From Eledone cirrhosa (taxonomy: Eukaryota): 64,000 bases of DNA. The notes below the pieces were generated by a model, which saw only the letters and a list, made by a program, of their open reading frames with translations, made no database searches and was not told the origin of the DNA. Of the stretch, positions 38,815 through 50,704 are shown in pieces; position 1 is the stretch's first letter, and each line of letters starts with the position of its first letter. The stretch lies in assembly GCA_964016885.1 (NCBI GenBank), contig OZ024741.1, forward strand, positions 182,342,001 through 182,406,000. Direction: 5' to 3'. The position numbers were made by a program, and so were the translations under genes.

Positions 38815-40314
38815 GTATATGTTTGTCAAAAGAAGGAGTTATTAGAGTACCCATCATATTTATATAGGCTCTTTATCCCTAACTTGCGCTGTAATTGTTA
38901 GCGTGTTGGGCTCAGGATCGTATGATTATGGGTTTGATCTCGGGTCTGGGTGAACAATGTATCCTTCAACAAGGCACTTTATTACATGTTGCTCCAGTCG
39001 ACACAAGTGAAAACATGATTACCGGCAACAATGACCTGTTAGAAATAGCAGTCAATTTCTCCCTCAAATAACACCAGACTTTCTTTAAAATGGAAGGAGA
39101 TATTGAATAATGTAATCTTATGACTGAAAAAGCCGGGATTGCCATGACTTGAATTCCTTTGATCAAGGCCCACCTGGGACTAAACAACAGCAACAACAAC
39201 ATCTACGCTGCCCGAAATACAATCTATGTTCTATTGTTCTATTGTTATTCTTTAGCCCCAGGTCAGCTATGATCAAAGGCATTCTAACTGTAACAACCCC
39301 GTCTGTTTCTGGTGCATTGAGAACCCAAGATCACATTATCTAACGAATCTTTTTTAATGACGGTAGCGTTTAATTTTAGGGAGGCTTGGTTGTTTTTGTT
39401 ATTAATAGCAGGTCGAGCGACAATATAGAAACCTCCTTGTTGGATCATGTTGTTAAACTGGGTGGTGTAACTTGTCTACAACATAAGCTAGTATGAGAGT
39501 AGGCGAAGTATCGTTTGGATGACTGCGAACGTAGTCTGGGGCAATTGGTTTCATATCCAACAACTCCCACTGCAAAATGCCAATATTTATTGTTACAGCT
39601 TACACCTGCGTAGGTTTGGTCGACCTCCTATGGAGTTTTATCTCATTTGAGGTTTCTTGGTCTTTTAATGATAAGGGTCCTAATTTTATCATAATATGCT
39701 GATAGCTAAATATTCAATTAAATTTTGTCTCGAGTTTGGTCTGCTTATCTATAAATATATATTGAGATGAAATGGTCCTCTCCGACCTCGTATCAGCCCA
39801 CTGGGTTCCCTGTGAGCTTGGAACACGATTTAAAAAAGAACGTGACTCTGCATTGAAATTTGAGTAACACTACTGAATCTGCAAGGAATAGTGACATAAA
39901 TGGAAACCACGAGTAATGGGTTGCTACACTTGTGAGCAGTACACCAAGGTATCAAGTTATCTGTTCTCTACCCGAACCACTGGCTCAAATTCTTCTTAAA
40001 GGTAGCAAAGGGGCATCTGAGAAGTGGTAGCAGTGGTGTTAAAACTGGGTGATGAATTAAGTTTATCACGCATGAACTGTTCACAGTTCGTTTGACGAGC
40101 TTCCACACTGTTTTCATCTATTAAATTTCATTTTAAAAATCTTAGATTGAACGAAGTCTGTGGTAGAAGAGATTTGTACATGGTACCGTACAGTTGAATT
40201 GAGCCCCAAATCACATGATTGGGAATAGAATTTCTTAGCCACGCGACCATGTTTGTGTCCATAATGGAAATCGTTGGTAATGTCTCTTCTATTCTGTAAA
40301 AACTATATTTGAAA

Positions 40315-40408
<94 letters not shown>

Positions 40409-41599
40409 TAGAGACAGAGAGAGAGAGAGAGGAGGTGGTTGTAGTGAAAGGAAGTATAACAGAGCCAAAGAAAGATAGAAAGTGAGAAGAGGTAGTAAGA
40501 GTGAGAAAGAAGGTTGAGAAACAATGGCGACTAAGGAAGACGAGTATAAGTGTGTCTGTTAGAGAGGGAGAGAGTCTGTGAGAGAGAGAGTGTGTGAGAG
40601 AGGGAAAGAGAGAGAGAGTGAGAGAGAGAGAAAGGTGGGGAGGTGATATATGGAGAAAGACTGAGAAACAGTGGTAGAAGAAGAGATCTTTACAAGTAAG
40701 TAGCAGAGAGAGAGAGAGAGTGGGGGGGGGGAGAAAGAGAGAGTAAGAGACAAAGCGAGGGAGTTGTTAAGGACACTTGAAACGTTAATCATTAAATGTA
40801 AGGAGAGAAAGACAGATAGATAGAGAGAGAAGCCGTCACTACACACACACACACACACACTCCAGACACACCAACATGCATATATATATATATATATATA
40901 TAAAGTATGTATGCACACGAATATACACACACATGTGCACACGCAAAGTGCACATACACACATTCGTCATCCTGTAGTCGTAGCAACAGACTGTTAGCAG
41001 ATTGAACAGAAATAAAGACAATAACAACAACAACAGTAGCAGTAACAACAACAATAACAACACACTAAAAAGGCTCCAGTTAATACGACAGTTATAGCAG
41101 CAATAGTATAAGAAGTGACGACGCTATCATTATCACTACATCCTCATCTTCACCACCGCCACCACCACCATCATTATCATCATCATCCTCATTATTATCA
41201 ACATGAATGCTTTCATCAACATCATGATGATCGCTACTACTACGAAAACTTCCTCCAACACCATCATCTCCATCTCTCGAATAAATATATATTTTTCTTT
41301 TTATTGGTTTGGTGTGGAGGAATAGTCTTTGTTCTTGGTTTCAAAGACTGAAACACTGGTATGGTTGGTGTGGTTAACTTTCGTCTTGAATAGTTACAAG
41401 TCAATGGGTACAGGAAAACCATGTCCAGGGAGGTAATTCCAAACAATCGATGTTCTGAGGAATAAAGACTGAGGGAAGCTACAGACGTAATGTCTCATAA
41501 TGAGTTAAAACTAAGAAATGAGTGCGAGTGGCTGTTACTTATAAATAGGGTAGCAATGATCTGTTCAAAAGGTTGGTGCTATAATCTTCCAGGAGTTCG

Positions 41600-42000
41600 G
41601 AAGTTATTTATCGAAATGATTACATTTGGTGCATATTTTCGATGTACCATTTAGATAATTTGCGGGTTTATTAAGGCTCTTGAAAGTGGATGATCTTGAA
41701 AATGAGGATTTTTTCAACTATGCATAATCCGCAACGTTTTGTACCGTACCATCATTTTGTGTGCATCTTTCAAAATATGTTCACGTGGTATTGAATACAG
41801 GAACATGTACTTTTATATACCAAACGGAATTGGATAGTTTTGCTATATTCCTCTTTCTATATATTTTCAATACTTCTATATATGTCTTCATATTTTCCAT
41901 AAAAAAGGAGTATCTTTGAAGTATCGCTGTTTGAATTGTATTTCCACCATACCTATATAGTATTTATGCACAATGTTTAGGGTTGTACTGGTTTATAATA
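41600..42000 (-). pseudogene. Degenerate Penelope-like GIY-YIG C-terminus
   Basis: Minus strand ...AKLSNSVWYIK...YGTKRCGLCIVEKILIFK...SLNK. Confidence 0.5.
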
Positions 42001-42691
42001 ATAGACGATTATTGTAAATAATAGTGGAAGCGTGCGGGCTGTTGTAAGCGTGTTCGACTTACCATCATAATATGGTGGGTTCGATTCCTGGACTGGGTTT
42101 GGGGTAGTGTGTTATGCTCACGTTGCTCCAGTATACTCAGCTGAAAATGAGTACCAGGGTTGTACCGTCTCTCCTTCCATTTGAAAGATGCCTTGAAGAT
42201 AATCACTTCAGGACATGCACATGTGCAGTGAACCCCAGTTCATTGAGTTGGTTTAATTGTTATTACGTTTTCCATATTGTTGGTGAAATTATAACTTAGA
42301 TTTAAATTGGTTTTAGTGAATAATCTTCTGTATTAGTGGTTAATGGAAACATATTTATTTATTAAGATAGGAAATTTTTTGGCAATATTAGACCCAACAT
42401 TTAAGGAGCAGAAAGTGTGGAGCATATAATATTTTGACACCTTTTCTGGCTAATGGGATGTGAGGGAAGGTGATTCTGTCCTTCAATACGCTGGCTTTGT
42501 TGTAGTAGGAATTTTTAAACTGTCCTCGAATATAGAAATATTCAACAATGCAGTTCCCTACTACAATGGGTTTGGTTTGGTTTGGTTTGGTTTCGATCAG
42601 TTTGGTTTGGTGGATATGACCTCTGCTTTCTTGCGTGATAGAAAAGACTTGTGATCAAATCGTTCTTACTACTATCATGTCTCTCTCTCTC

Positions 42692-42766
<75 letters not shown>

Positions 42767-42927
42767 GCATGCGTGTGTGCGTGTGTGTGTGCGTGTGAGT
42801 GTGTGTTTGTATGTGCGTGTGTAAACATCCTGGTGACTTAAGAAGCATTATAAAAATAAAAAATTTTAATGTAGTTGTCCCGATGTAAATGATCATAATA
42901 ATAGATGAGATGATCATTATAAAAGAT

Positions 42928-43205
42928 AGTGGAGGCGCATGGCCGCGTGGTAAGGGTGTTTCGACTTACCATCATAATGTGATGGATTCGATTTGTGGAC
43001 TGGGCTGTGGGTTGTGAGTTGTGCTCACGTTGCTCCAGTGTACTCAGCTAAAAATGAGTACCAGCAATAACTGGAAGTTTAACCCTGCGATGGACTGGCA
43101 TCCTGGCCAAGGGAAAGTCTTGTACTCTCAGTCACTTCACGCTACGGAAGCTGGGACAGACACCGGCCTGATGAGTCTCCGGGCCGGGCTCGAGACAGAC
43201 TTAGA
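42928..43205 (+). mobile_element. tRNA-derived SINE family E (V-SINE-like body); partial copy at 42022-42160
   Basis: Box A-like TGGCCGCGTGG, box B-like GGATTCGATT, and body AACCCTGCGATGGACTGGCATCC. Confidence 0.65.
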
Positions 43206-43699
43206 CTATAAATAATAGTTGAGAAAATCGGGTAACGTATCCCCCCCCCCCCACACACACACGGAAAAAAGTGGACAGAGTGGCCTGCAAGGAAACAAAT
43301 CCTGAATCTCTTCGATGCCAGGCGAGTGCATTACCTAATAAGCTAAGGAGTTTCCGGTCACTGATTTCATGGTTGTAGCCAGAAGTGTAAACATCTGGTT
43401 GACTTTTGAAACATTGGAAAAATTTGAAATGTAGTCGTCTCAACGCAAATGACTATAATCATAGTCGATCGCAATAATGAATAGTTGAACATTTTTAAGC
43501 AATAATATTTGGACACCCTCACATCAGATCCAATAACGTGTTAGATTATTTTTGTACTGTGCACCCCAGTAACTAAGTGATTTTTCCTCAGACTTCTCAT
43601 GCACAAAATGTATAGCCTAACATCATTCCAGGATCGCAAAAGAGTTAAAGGCTATGTCTGTTACTAAATGTATATTACGAAGTTTGCCAGAGATGAGGT

Positions 43700-44640
43700 C
43701 TCTTGGAAGAAGATTCAAACTGCAGCATCCCATCCAGTCAGGATAAAGAACCCCTTTGCTATCATAACATGTGCCTGCTCACCATTAAATCTTCAACAAC
43801 CTTGGCATAATAACCAGGGAATCATTACAAAAGACACACTGCATTAACCACAACAAGAGTAAAAATATCCACACCTACTATCTACAACCAGCCACTGATT
43901 CTCATTAATAATACGGTACAATCCATGTATAGCTAGAATCTTAAACAACGTGGATTATCTGCTCCAATATGAACTGTTCCGGTTGCAACTCTCTGTCGAG
44001 AGATGCTTCAGTTAACTAGACGCGGCATTCAACAACTAGTATAGTATGTCAACAGATTGAACCACTCTTAGTCTAGAGCGAAAAACAATTTATCCTTGAA
44101 CCAAACAACTGATATCTGACTTGGAAAGTATAGTTTTTATCTTAATGCTCTTAGTAGAACAGCAAGCTTTTTTATCACCCCAATTCTGGAAAACTTCTAT
44201 TACACCCATTGCTATGTCAGTGAATTCATCTGAAATTGTCGCAATTTTACTCACTTGTAGCAAGACGGTATATTCTGCTTTTAAGCGACTAATTACACTT
44301 GTACACAATGAAAGTCGCGTGTGCAGTATTGACAAAAGATCTGAACAGGCAGGGATTCTGGAGCAGGTCAAATTGACGCTATGTCCTACAGCCTTGTATT
44401 TGAAAGCTCTTGGTGACACCTTGCAAGATCTTAAAGATAACACTAAAATGATGGGTGTCACAGACATAATCTCTTATTATTACAGGCAAATTCTGACAAT
44501 CATTCCAAACGATATACCTGCTGATGACTTGCGAGCCTACCTCAAGGAATTATATGTTTTGAGATGTCTGGTAAACTTCATCTTTTTACTAACAGGAGAG
44601 TTACACAAGAGTTATCGCAGCTGTCCAGTTTTCAAAAGTT
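43700..44640 (+). pseudogene. Highly diverged RTE-like reverse transcriptase remnant
   Basis: The spacing of ORF 44121-44663 (IVFILMLLVEQ...VNSSEIVAILL...FKRLITLVHNE...EQVK..LCPTALYL) parallels the RTE RT region. Catalytic motifs are eroded. Confidence 0.4.
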
Positions 44641-44657
44641 TTGTTTTCATTAAAAAA

Positions 44658-44805
44658 TGGTAGGAGTTCTCCTACATGGATATAAAGTAGTGGCCGTACT
44701 CGAAAAGGAGTTGGCAGCCACCATGTATGTATGTATGTATGTATGTATGTATGTATGTATGTATGTATGTATGTATGTATGTATGTATGTATGTATGTAT
44801 GTATG
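44658..44805 (+). mobile_element. RTE-type 3' end with (TATG)n tail
   Basis: CTCCTACATGGATATAAAGTAGTGGCCGTACTCGAAAAGGAGTTGGCAGCCACC + (ATGT)n. Reverse complement occurs at 57025-57085 and 57511-57570. Confidence 0.75.
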
Positions 44806-44880
44806 TGTATATATCGATCCATATAAACATACACTCACATACACACACACACACATCTCTCTCTATATAAAATTCCTTGT

Positions 44881-44978
<98 letters not shown>

Positions 44979-46099
44979 GGTTCCTATGCATTATCAAACG
45001 GCTGGACCAAATCAGATCAAATTTTACAAGGTATTAGACTCCAGGAGTGTTAACATGTAATTTTCATTTTCATTTGGATTAAAACAAAGGTTCTCAACGG
45101 GGGGCATATGCTAACACAGACAGACATATACTAACACAGACAGACATTCACGCACACCGGTCTGTCATCACATATGTATCTGTATGTGTAGATGTGTGTG
45201 TGTGTGTGTGTGTGTGTGTTTAATTGTCTATTTGTATATGTAGATGTGTGTATGTTTACTTCTCTGAGGCCTAACGTTTGTAACGAATTCGCAAACACAC
45301 ACACTCGCACAGACACATACACGCTCTTGTACAATGTAACGTCATCGGCGTCGTCGTCGTCGTCGTGGTTTACTATAGTTCACTATAGAAAGGTTATTTT
45401 AGATAAAATATTATATTGTTTTAATCCACAGGTTCTCAACCCATTTAGGCCAAACGCCCCTTTTTGTCCCTCGAAATCACGAAACGCCCTACCCTATTTT
45501 TCCATTTTTCAATATACTACTGATTTTGATATCAGTAGATTACTAAAAAATTGATTAACAATATTCCAAAGATACCATTGCAGGCAGCTGAGAGTATAAA
45601 TACATTCCTTGAAAGGAAATATATAAATTTCAAAAAAAGGAACATAAATGTTCTTTTTTATGAATAAGGACCAGTTGAATTTGTTATATTCCCACCAGGC
45701 GATACCAGCTATTTTGAACATTTATACAAGAGCAACTCTGTCTATCCAAAGAGTGCTCTTATCTGGAAGAAAGTGGCAATTATATCATTTCAAAGCTTTC
45801 CAATGTTCGCTTTAATGAAATGGACAGAATAAATGTTGATATCTATCTTGATGTCTCCTCTGCTTTGTGAGCTTAGAGACCCCGGAAGAGGGTTTTCATG
45901 ACCACGCTGGAGGATATATTTATTAATAAATGGTAAAATATATACAACAAATGAGTAAGTGAAGTGAATTGTAGTAGATGGTTTCCAGTCCAGTCAGACT
46001 GCAACTACAAATAAAAAAATTGTTAGTTTGCTTTGTAACAATAGCATATCCAAGTTTTCGGATAAATTAACTTACTTTAACTTTGAGCTCATTTCAATG

Positions 46100-47158
46100 G
46101 GACCCTTGAGCTTCATGGAGTCTAGCTAACTCTTTGACGTGAGGCTGAATTTTCCTAAGATGTAGCCAGAGATCTCCACGTGTAATTACATTGTAGCGGT
46201 TGCGAAACTTACTGTGCAGTCTGGAAACAGCACCAAACCTCCTCTCGACTAAATATGAGCTTGGAAAAGGCAAAGCAAATCTATTAGCCTCTGCATGTAG
46301 GTGTGGAAATTAACGCTGAATTTCCTCTTGCATCCCAAAAAGGGGTTCACCTATTTTGGGAAATCTAATTTTGATCATGTCATCTGCTTGAAGTTCAATG
46401 AATTCTTCTTGAAATTTAACGTCCAAATCGTCGACGTTAGCTATGAAGGGATCTGCTATCCACATTGGGATGTCCATCGGCAAAAGGTCGACAAACCGTT
46501 CTCTCGTGTTGTCTTGTAGTGCAGGGAGGTGAGTGGTATAAATTTGGAGTTGGTCATCGCTTACAATGTTTTGAACATTGGCGACACTAGGAAAATTATA
46601 GAATTCCCGTCAACAAAGATTCCTTTCGATGACATTCAATTTGGCCAGGAATGTTTTCATAGCATTCCTTGCTTTAACCAAGGTGAACTTATTCCCCTGC
46701 AAAGCCAAAATGACGCTATTGGATTTGTCGAAGATGTTGGTGAGGTAGGCGCAGTCTTGCCTCACATCGAAGGTTTTCTTGTACAGTTCTGTGTTGCGTC
46801 CTCGCAGAAACTCAATGATAGAGTCGAAGAGTTCAAAGAAGTGAGTAAAGCACTTGCCCTTTGAAAGCCACCTCACCTCAGTATGAAGGAGCAACTTGAC
46901 GAATTCTTCGTCATTATCTTGGCACAGTTGCCGGAAAATTTGTTCATTGAAGGAATGCCGTTTGATAAAATTGATGCCATCAATGGCCACCTGCAAGGAC
47001 TTGCTTAGCGGCTTCCTGAATTTCTTCGCAGCCAAGTGTTGTCGATGAATGACACAATGAACAGCAAATACTGATAGATGTTCTCTCTTCAGAAGAGTGA
47101 CGAAGCCCTTGTGTTGGCTGACCATTGTTCTTGCGTCGTCCGTAGCACATAATACAAT
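46100..47158 (-). pseudogene. hAT Charlie/Buster-type (SCAND3/ZBED-like) transposase, C-terminal two-thirds
   Basis: TDDARTM, VHCVIHRQHLAAK, LLLHTEVRWLSKG, AYLTNIF..N...LQG, FPSSYLVERGF. Confidence 0.85.
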
Positions 47159-47160
47159 GT

Positions 47161-47520
47161 GTATTGTATGTGGTCCTAGATGTATGTATTACCTTCCTGT
47201 GTGTTGTATGTGGTCCTAGATGTGTGTATTACCTGCTTATGTGTTGTATGTGGTCCTAGATGTTTGTATTACCTGATTATGTGTTGTATGTGGTCCTAGA
47301 TGTTTGTATTACCTGCTTATGTGTTGTATATGGTCCTAGATGTATGTATTACCTGCCTGTGTGTTGTATGTGGTCCTAGATGTGTGTGCTACCTCTTTAT
47401 GTGTTGCATGTGGTCCTAGATGAGTGTATTACCTGCTTATGTGTTGTATGTGGTCCTAGACGTGTGTATTATCTGATTATGTGTTGTATGTAGTCCTAGA
47501 TGTGTGTGCTACCCGCTTCT
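47161..47520. repeat. 40-bp minisatellite, 9 copies
   Basis: TGGTCCTAGA (TAGTCCTAGA in the last unit) recurs every 40 bp from 47171 to 47491. Consensus GTGTTGTATGTGGTCCTAGATGTGTGTATTACCTGCTTAT. Confidence 0.95.
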
Positions 47521-48119
47521 GTTTTTTCTTTTATTTTTTTATTTGTAATATTATTTATACAATAGGGAATAAAGTAGATCTACATAGTCTTAACTCGTTA
47601 CGGTTGAGTCAATAATTTCAGACATAAAATACATTGTTATCGGTGAAGGAAAGATAAGATTCTAACTGGCTGCGCTCAAAGTATGCTTGACCCAGTTGAC
47701 TGTGGGTTTTTCCATTTTTAGGATCTCAATTACTGGTTAATGTCTCAATTACCGGACACACCTGCACACCTGCTCACACACACACACACATCTATACATT
47801 CATATACGTATATAGCGACTGTCCAAAAAATGAGGTGAAAAGCTATGCGTGTGTCTGCATGAATGTATGTCTGTGTGTGTGTCTGTCTTAGTATATGTAT
47901 GTGAGAGCATATGTGTGTGAGTGTGTAGCAACAATTTATTCATTTGGACACCGACAAAAAATGACACAATGAATATTGTTTACCCTAAGGTGCTTCAAGA
48001 TTGACAGATTTTCATTTCTAAATTCTATTATCAATCCAATTTTGATATTTTTTAAAAATAAAATATAGATATTTTAAAATAATTATGAGAAAAAAAAAAC
48101 ATATCTTCATATTTATTTT

Positions 48120-48144
48120 TTACTACGCCGGGTAATTCAGCTAG
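48120..48144 (+). mobile_element. Possible Helitron 3' terminus
   Basis: ACGCCGGGTAATTCAGCTAG|T has a CTAG end before T and a GCCGGG half-hairpin. The rest of the hairpin is not seen. Confidence 0.35.
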
Positions 48145-48241
48145 TATATATATGTGTGTGTGCGTGTGTGTGTGAGTGTGTGTGTGTGTGTGTGTGAGTG
48201 TGTGTGTGTGTGAGTGAGTGAGTGTGTGTGTGTGTGAGTGA

Positions 48242-48276
<35 letters not shown>

Positions 48277-48359
48277 TGCGTGTGTGTGTGTGAGTGTGTG
48301 TGTGCGTGTGTGAGTGTGTGTGTGTGTGTGAGTGTGAGTGAGTGTGTGTGTGTGTGTGT

Positions 48360-48395
<36 letters not shown>

Positions 48396-48766
48396 TAATA
48401 TATACAATTATGTTTTGATATATTATGTCTTAATATATACAAATATATACAACTATGTCTTTAGTTTATTAAACGCGCTCGTAGACTCACGCGTCGCAAT
48501 GCATACTCTGGCATATTTTGAAACGTGTATATTTGTGTATATATGTGTACCATTGTTTGTGTTTACCGGTATGAACCGGTATAGACCTGCCCCCTCGGTT
48601 GGATAAATGGGGGCCGAATATACACTATAAATCCCAAACTGAAATATATACAAGTATTGATACGATCTGCTAAAACCTTTTGCAAGCTGTGCATAGGCTC
48701 AACCACAGTCTATTGATTGAAACCAGTCAAAGTTTAATGTTATTATTACTACTACTATTGCCACTA

Positions 48767-49235
48767 CGGTGGATTGGCAGTATCGATAGAGGGTCGGACG
48801 CCATGCTTTGAAGCATAGAGTTACCTCCCTTTATGATCTGAGTTCAAATGCCGCCGAGGTTAACTTTGCCTTTCATCCTTACAGGGTCGATAAAATAAAG
48901 TACCAGTAATACACTGGGATAATTGCTTGCCTTGTGCCTAAAGTAGAAACAATTATTACTACTACTATTACTATTATTACAATCGCTATTTTCTCGCCCT
49001 GCGATATCATGGTTTTTAATTTAGGCAGATTTTTTCTTCTTTTTTTTTGAGAGGGGGGGGGGGGGGGTAGAGGCAATAATATCGACCCAGTAATTGACTG
49101 GTACTTTATTTATCGACCCAGGAAGGGCGAAAGGCTGTTGACCATGTCGGAATTTGATCTCAGAACGTAAAAAGTCAAAATGAAGTATCACAAACCATTT
49201 TTCCGCCGCTCTACCGATATTACCAATCCATTACC
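48767..49235. mobile_element. Two SINE family A copies in opposite orientation
   Basis: 48767-48955 (+) is near full length; 49075-49235 (-) is diverged. Confidence 0.8.
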
Positions 49236-49404
49236 CTACACTATGGTATAATAAAATCATTACAAACAAATAAAACGACAACAAATTCATATAACAATTT
49301 TACTAACATTCTCTAAATAGAGTAGTATTTTTTTTACATGAAACATAAATGAAAACCGAAAAAAAGAAGCAACTCCATGCTCTTAATTTAACCGCAATTC
49401 TCAG

Positions 49405-49735
49405 CTGTGTTGGTGTATGGCCTAGTGGTTAAGCAATTTGGCTCACCATCATAACGGCATCAGTTTGATTCCCGGCGGCGTAGTGTGTCCTTGATCAAAC
49501 ACTTTATTTCCTGTTGCTATAGTCAATTCAACTAAAAAATGAGTTGTACCTATACTTCAAAGTGTCGATTTTGTCACATACTGGGAAACGTTGAACCTCA
49601 TTGAAAACCACGGTGAGGGTACACGTGTCTGTAGAATACACAGCCATTTGCACTTTCATTTTCATGAGTAGGCTGGTCCGTTATTCGTACAACTGGAACA
49701 CCCGTCGTCAGAACCGACAGAGGTCTAACAACAGT
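49405..49735 (+). mobile_element. tRNA-derived SINE family D
   Basis: Box A TGGCCTAGTGGTT, box B-like AGTTTGATTCCC, then GTGTCCTTGATCAAACACTTTATTTC. Confidence 0.65.
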
Positions 49736-49992
49736 AACAACAACGATATCTGAGCTATGTCCCTTAGAGAAGATGGTAAATGCGTTGGCACGTAGAGATA
49801 ATAACTATATCAGCCATCCCCCTTTACAGGGCTCTTTCCACAGTTGCGATGCCCTTATACCTATTTGGTGATTGAGTAGTTAGTTTGTAAAACAGGGGTG
49901 GAATTTACAATGGACGGCGAAGTTGCTCTCCGACAGGATCTGAACTCGTAGCCAAAATTAAATATTCTCACATGGAGTGTTCCCAATCCAAA

Positions 49993-50390
49993 CTTCTCTT
50001 CTTCTTCTTCTTTGCCCACTTATTCCTGAGAGGGTCGTGGGGGGCAGAGTCATCAAATACTCCTTCTAGCGGGTCGTGACAGAAGCAACCGTCTTCAACT
50101 GATACGGCTGGATCCCCAGGCGAGACCAGCCAAGCTCATGGATGTCATCCAACCACCTTGCTCGGGGGTCTACTCCTCAGTCTCCTACCTGTTGGTTTCA
50201 CCTGTAAAATCTGTCCAACGATTCTAATCACACGCCCATAGTATCGGAGCTGTGACCTCTCAATTTGAATAAGTAGCGGCTCTACCTGGAGTGAATCTCT
50301 GATCTCCGAGTTAAGCGCTTTATCGAGTAACGTTACTAAAAGAGCCCCTCAGAGGAATCCCATTTCAGCCGCTTGTATTGGCGATCGCAA
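49993..50390 (-). mobile_element. RTE LINE 3' fragment with (GAA)n tail
   Basis: Minus strand QAAEMGFL...RNSEI-like...IERSQLRYYG...PRARWLDDI...GWSRLGI, followed by an AAGAAGAAG tail. Confidence 0.7.
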
Positions 50391-50630
50391 CAAACAAACA
50401 GTGAAACCCTATGTAGTCAATTCCACCTGCTAGACATAGTAGCCAAATCTAACTTCAAACTATAACATATCTTAAAAAAAAAAAAAAAGGACGAACGGGT
50501 ATAAATGTAGCCCTGGATATACTCTTTGGGAGAAAATAATAAATAACAGAGGATGGCCGTAGCTGGAATGGCTGTGATTATATGTCAGCTCGATAACAGT
50601 TGACATGAAGCTAAACAACAACAAACACAA

Positions 50631-50671
<41 letters not shown>

Positions 50672-50704
50672 TTGCTACTATTACTACCCTTCTCCTCAAG
50701 TTAG

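Noticed and set aside
40524-40556. Second possible gene start ATGGCGACTAAGGAAGAC
   Set aside because: It lies in low-complexity purine-rich sequence between microsatellites, with no convincing splice donor.
47161-47520. CRISPR-like array (conserved 22 bp plus variable 18 bp)
   Set aside because: The putative spacers are homologous to each other, there are no cas genes, and the context is eukaryotic. It is an ordinary minisatellite.
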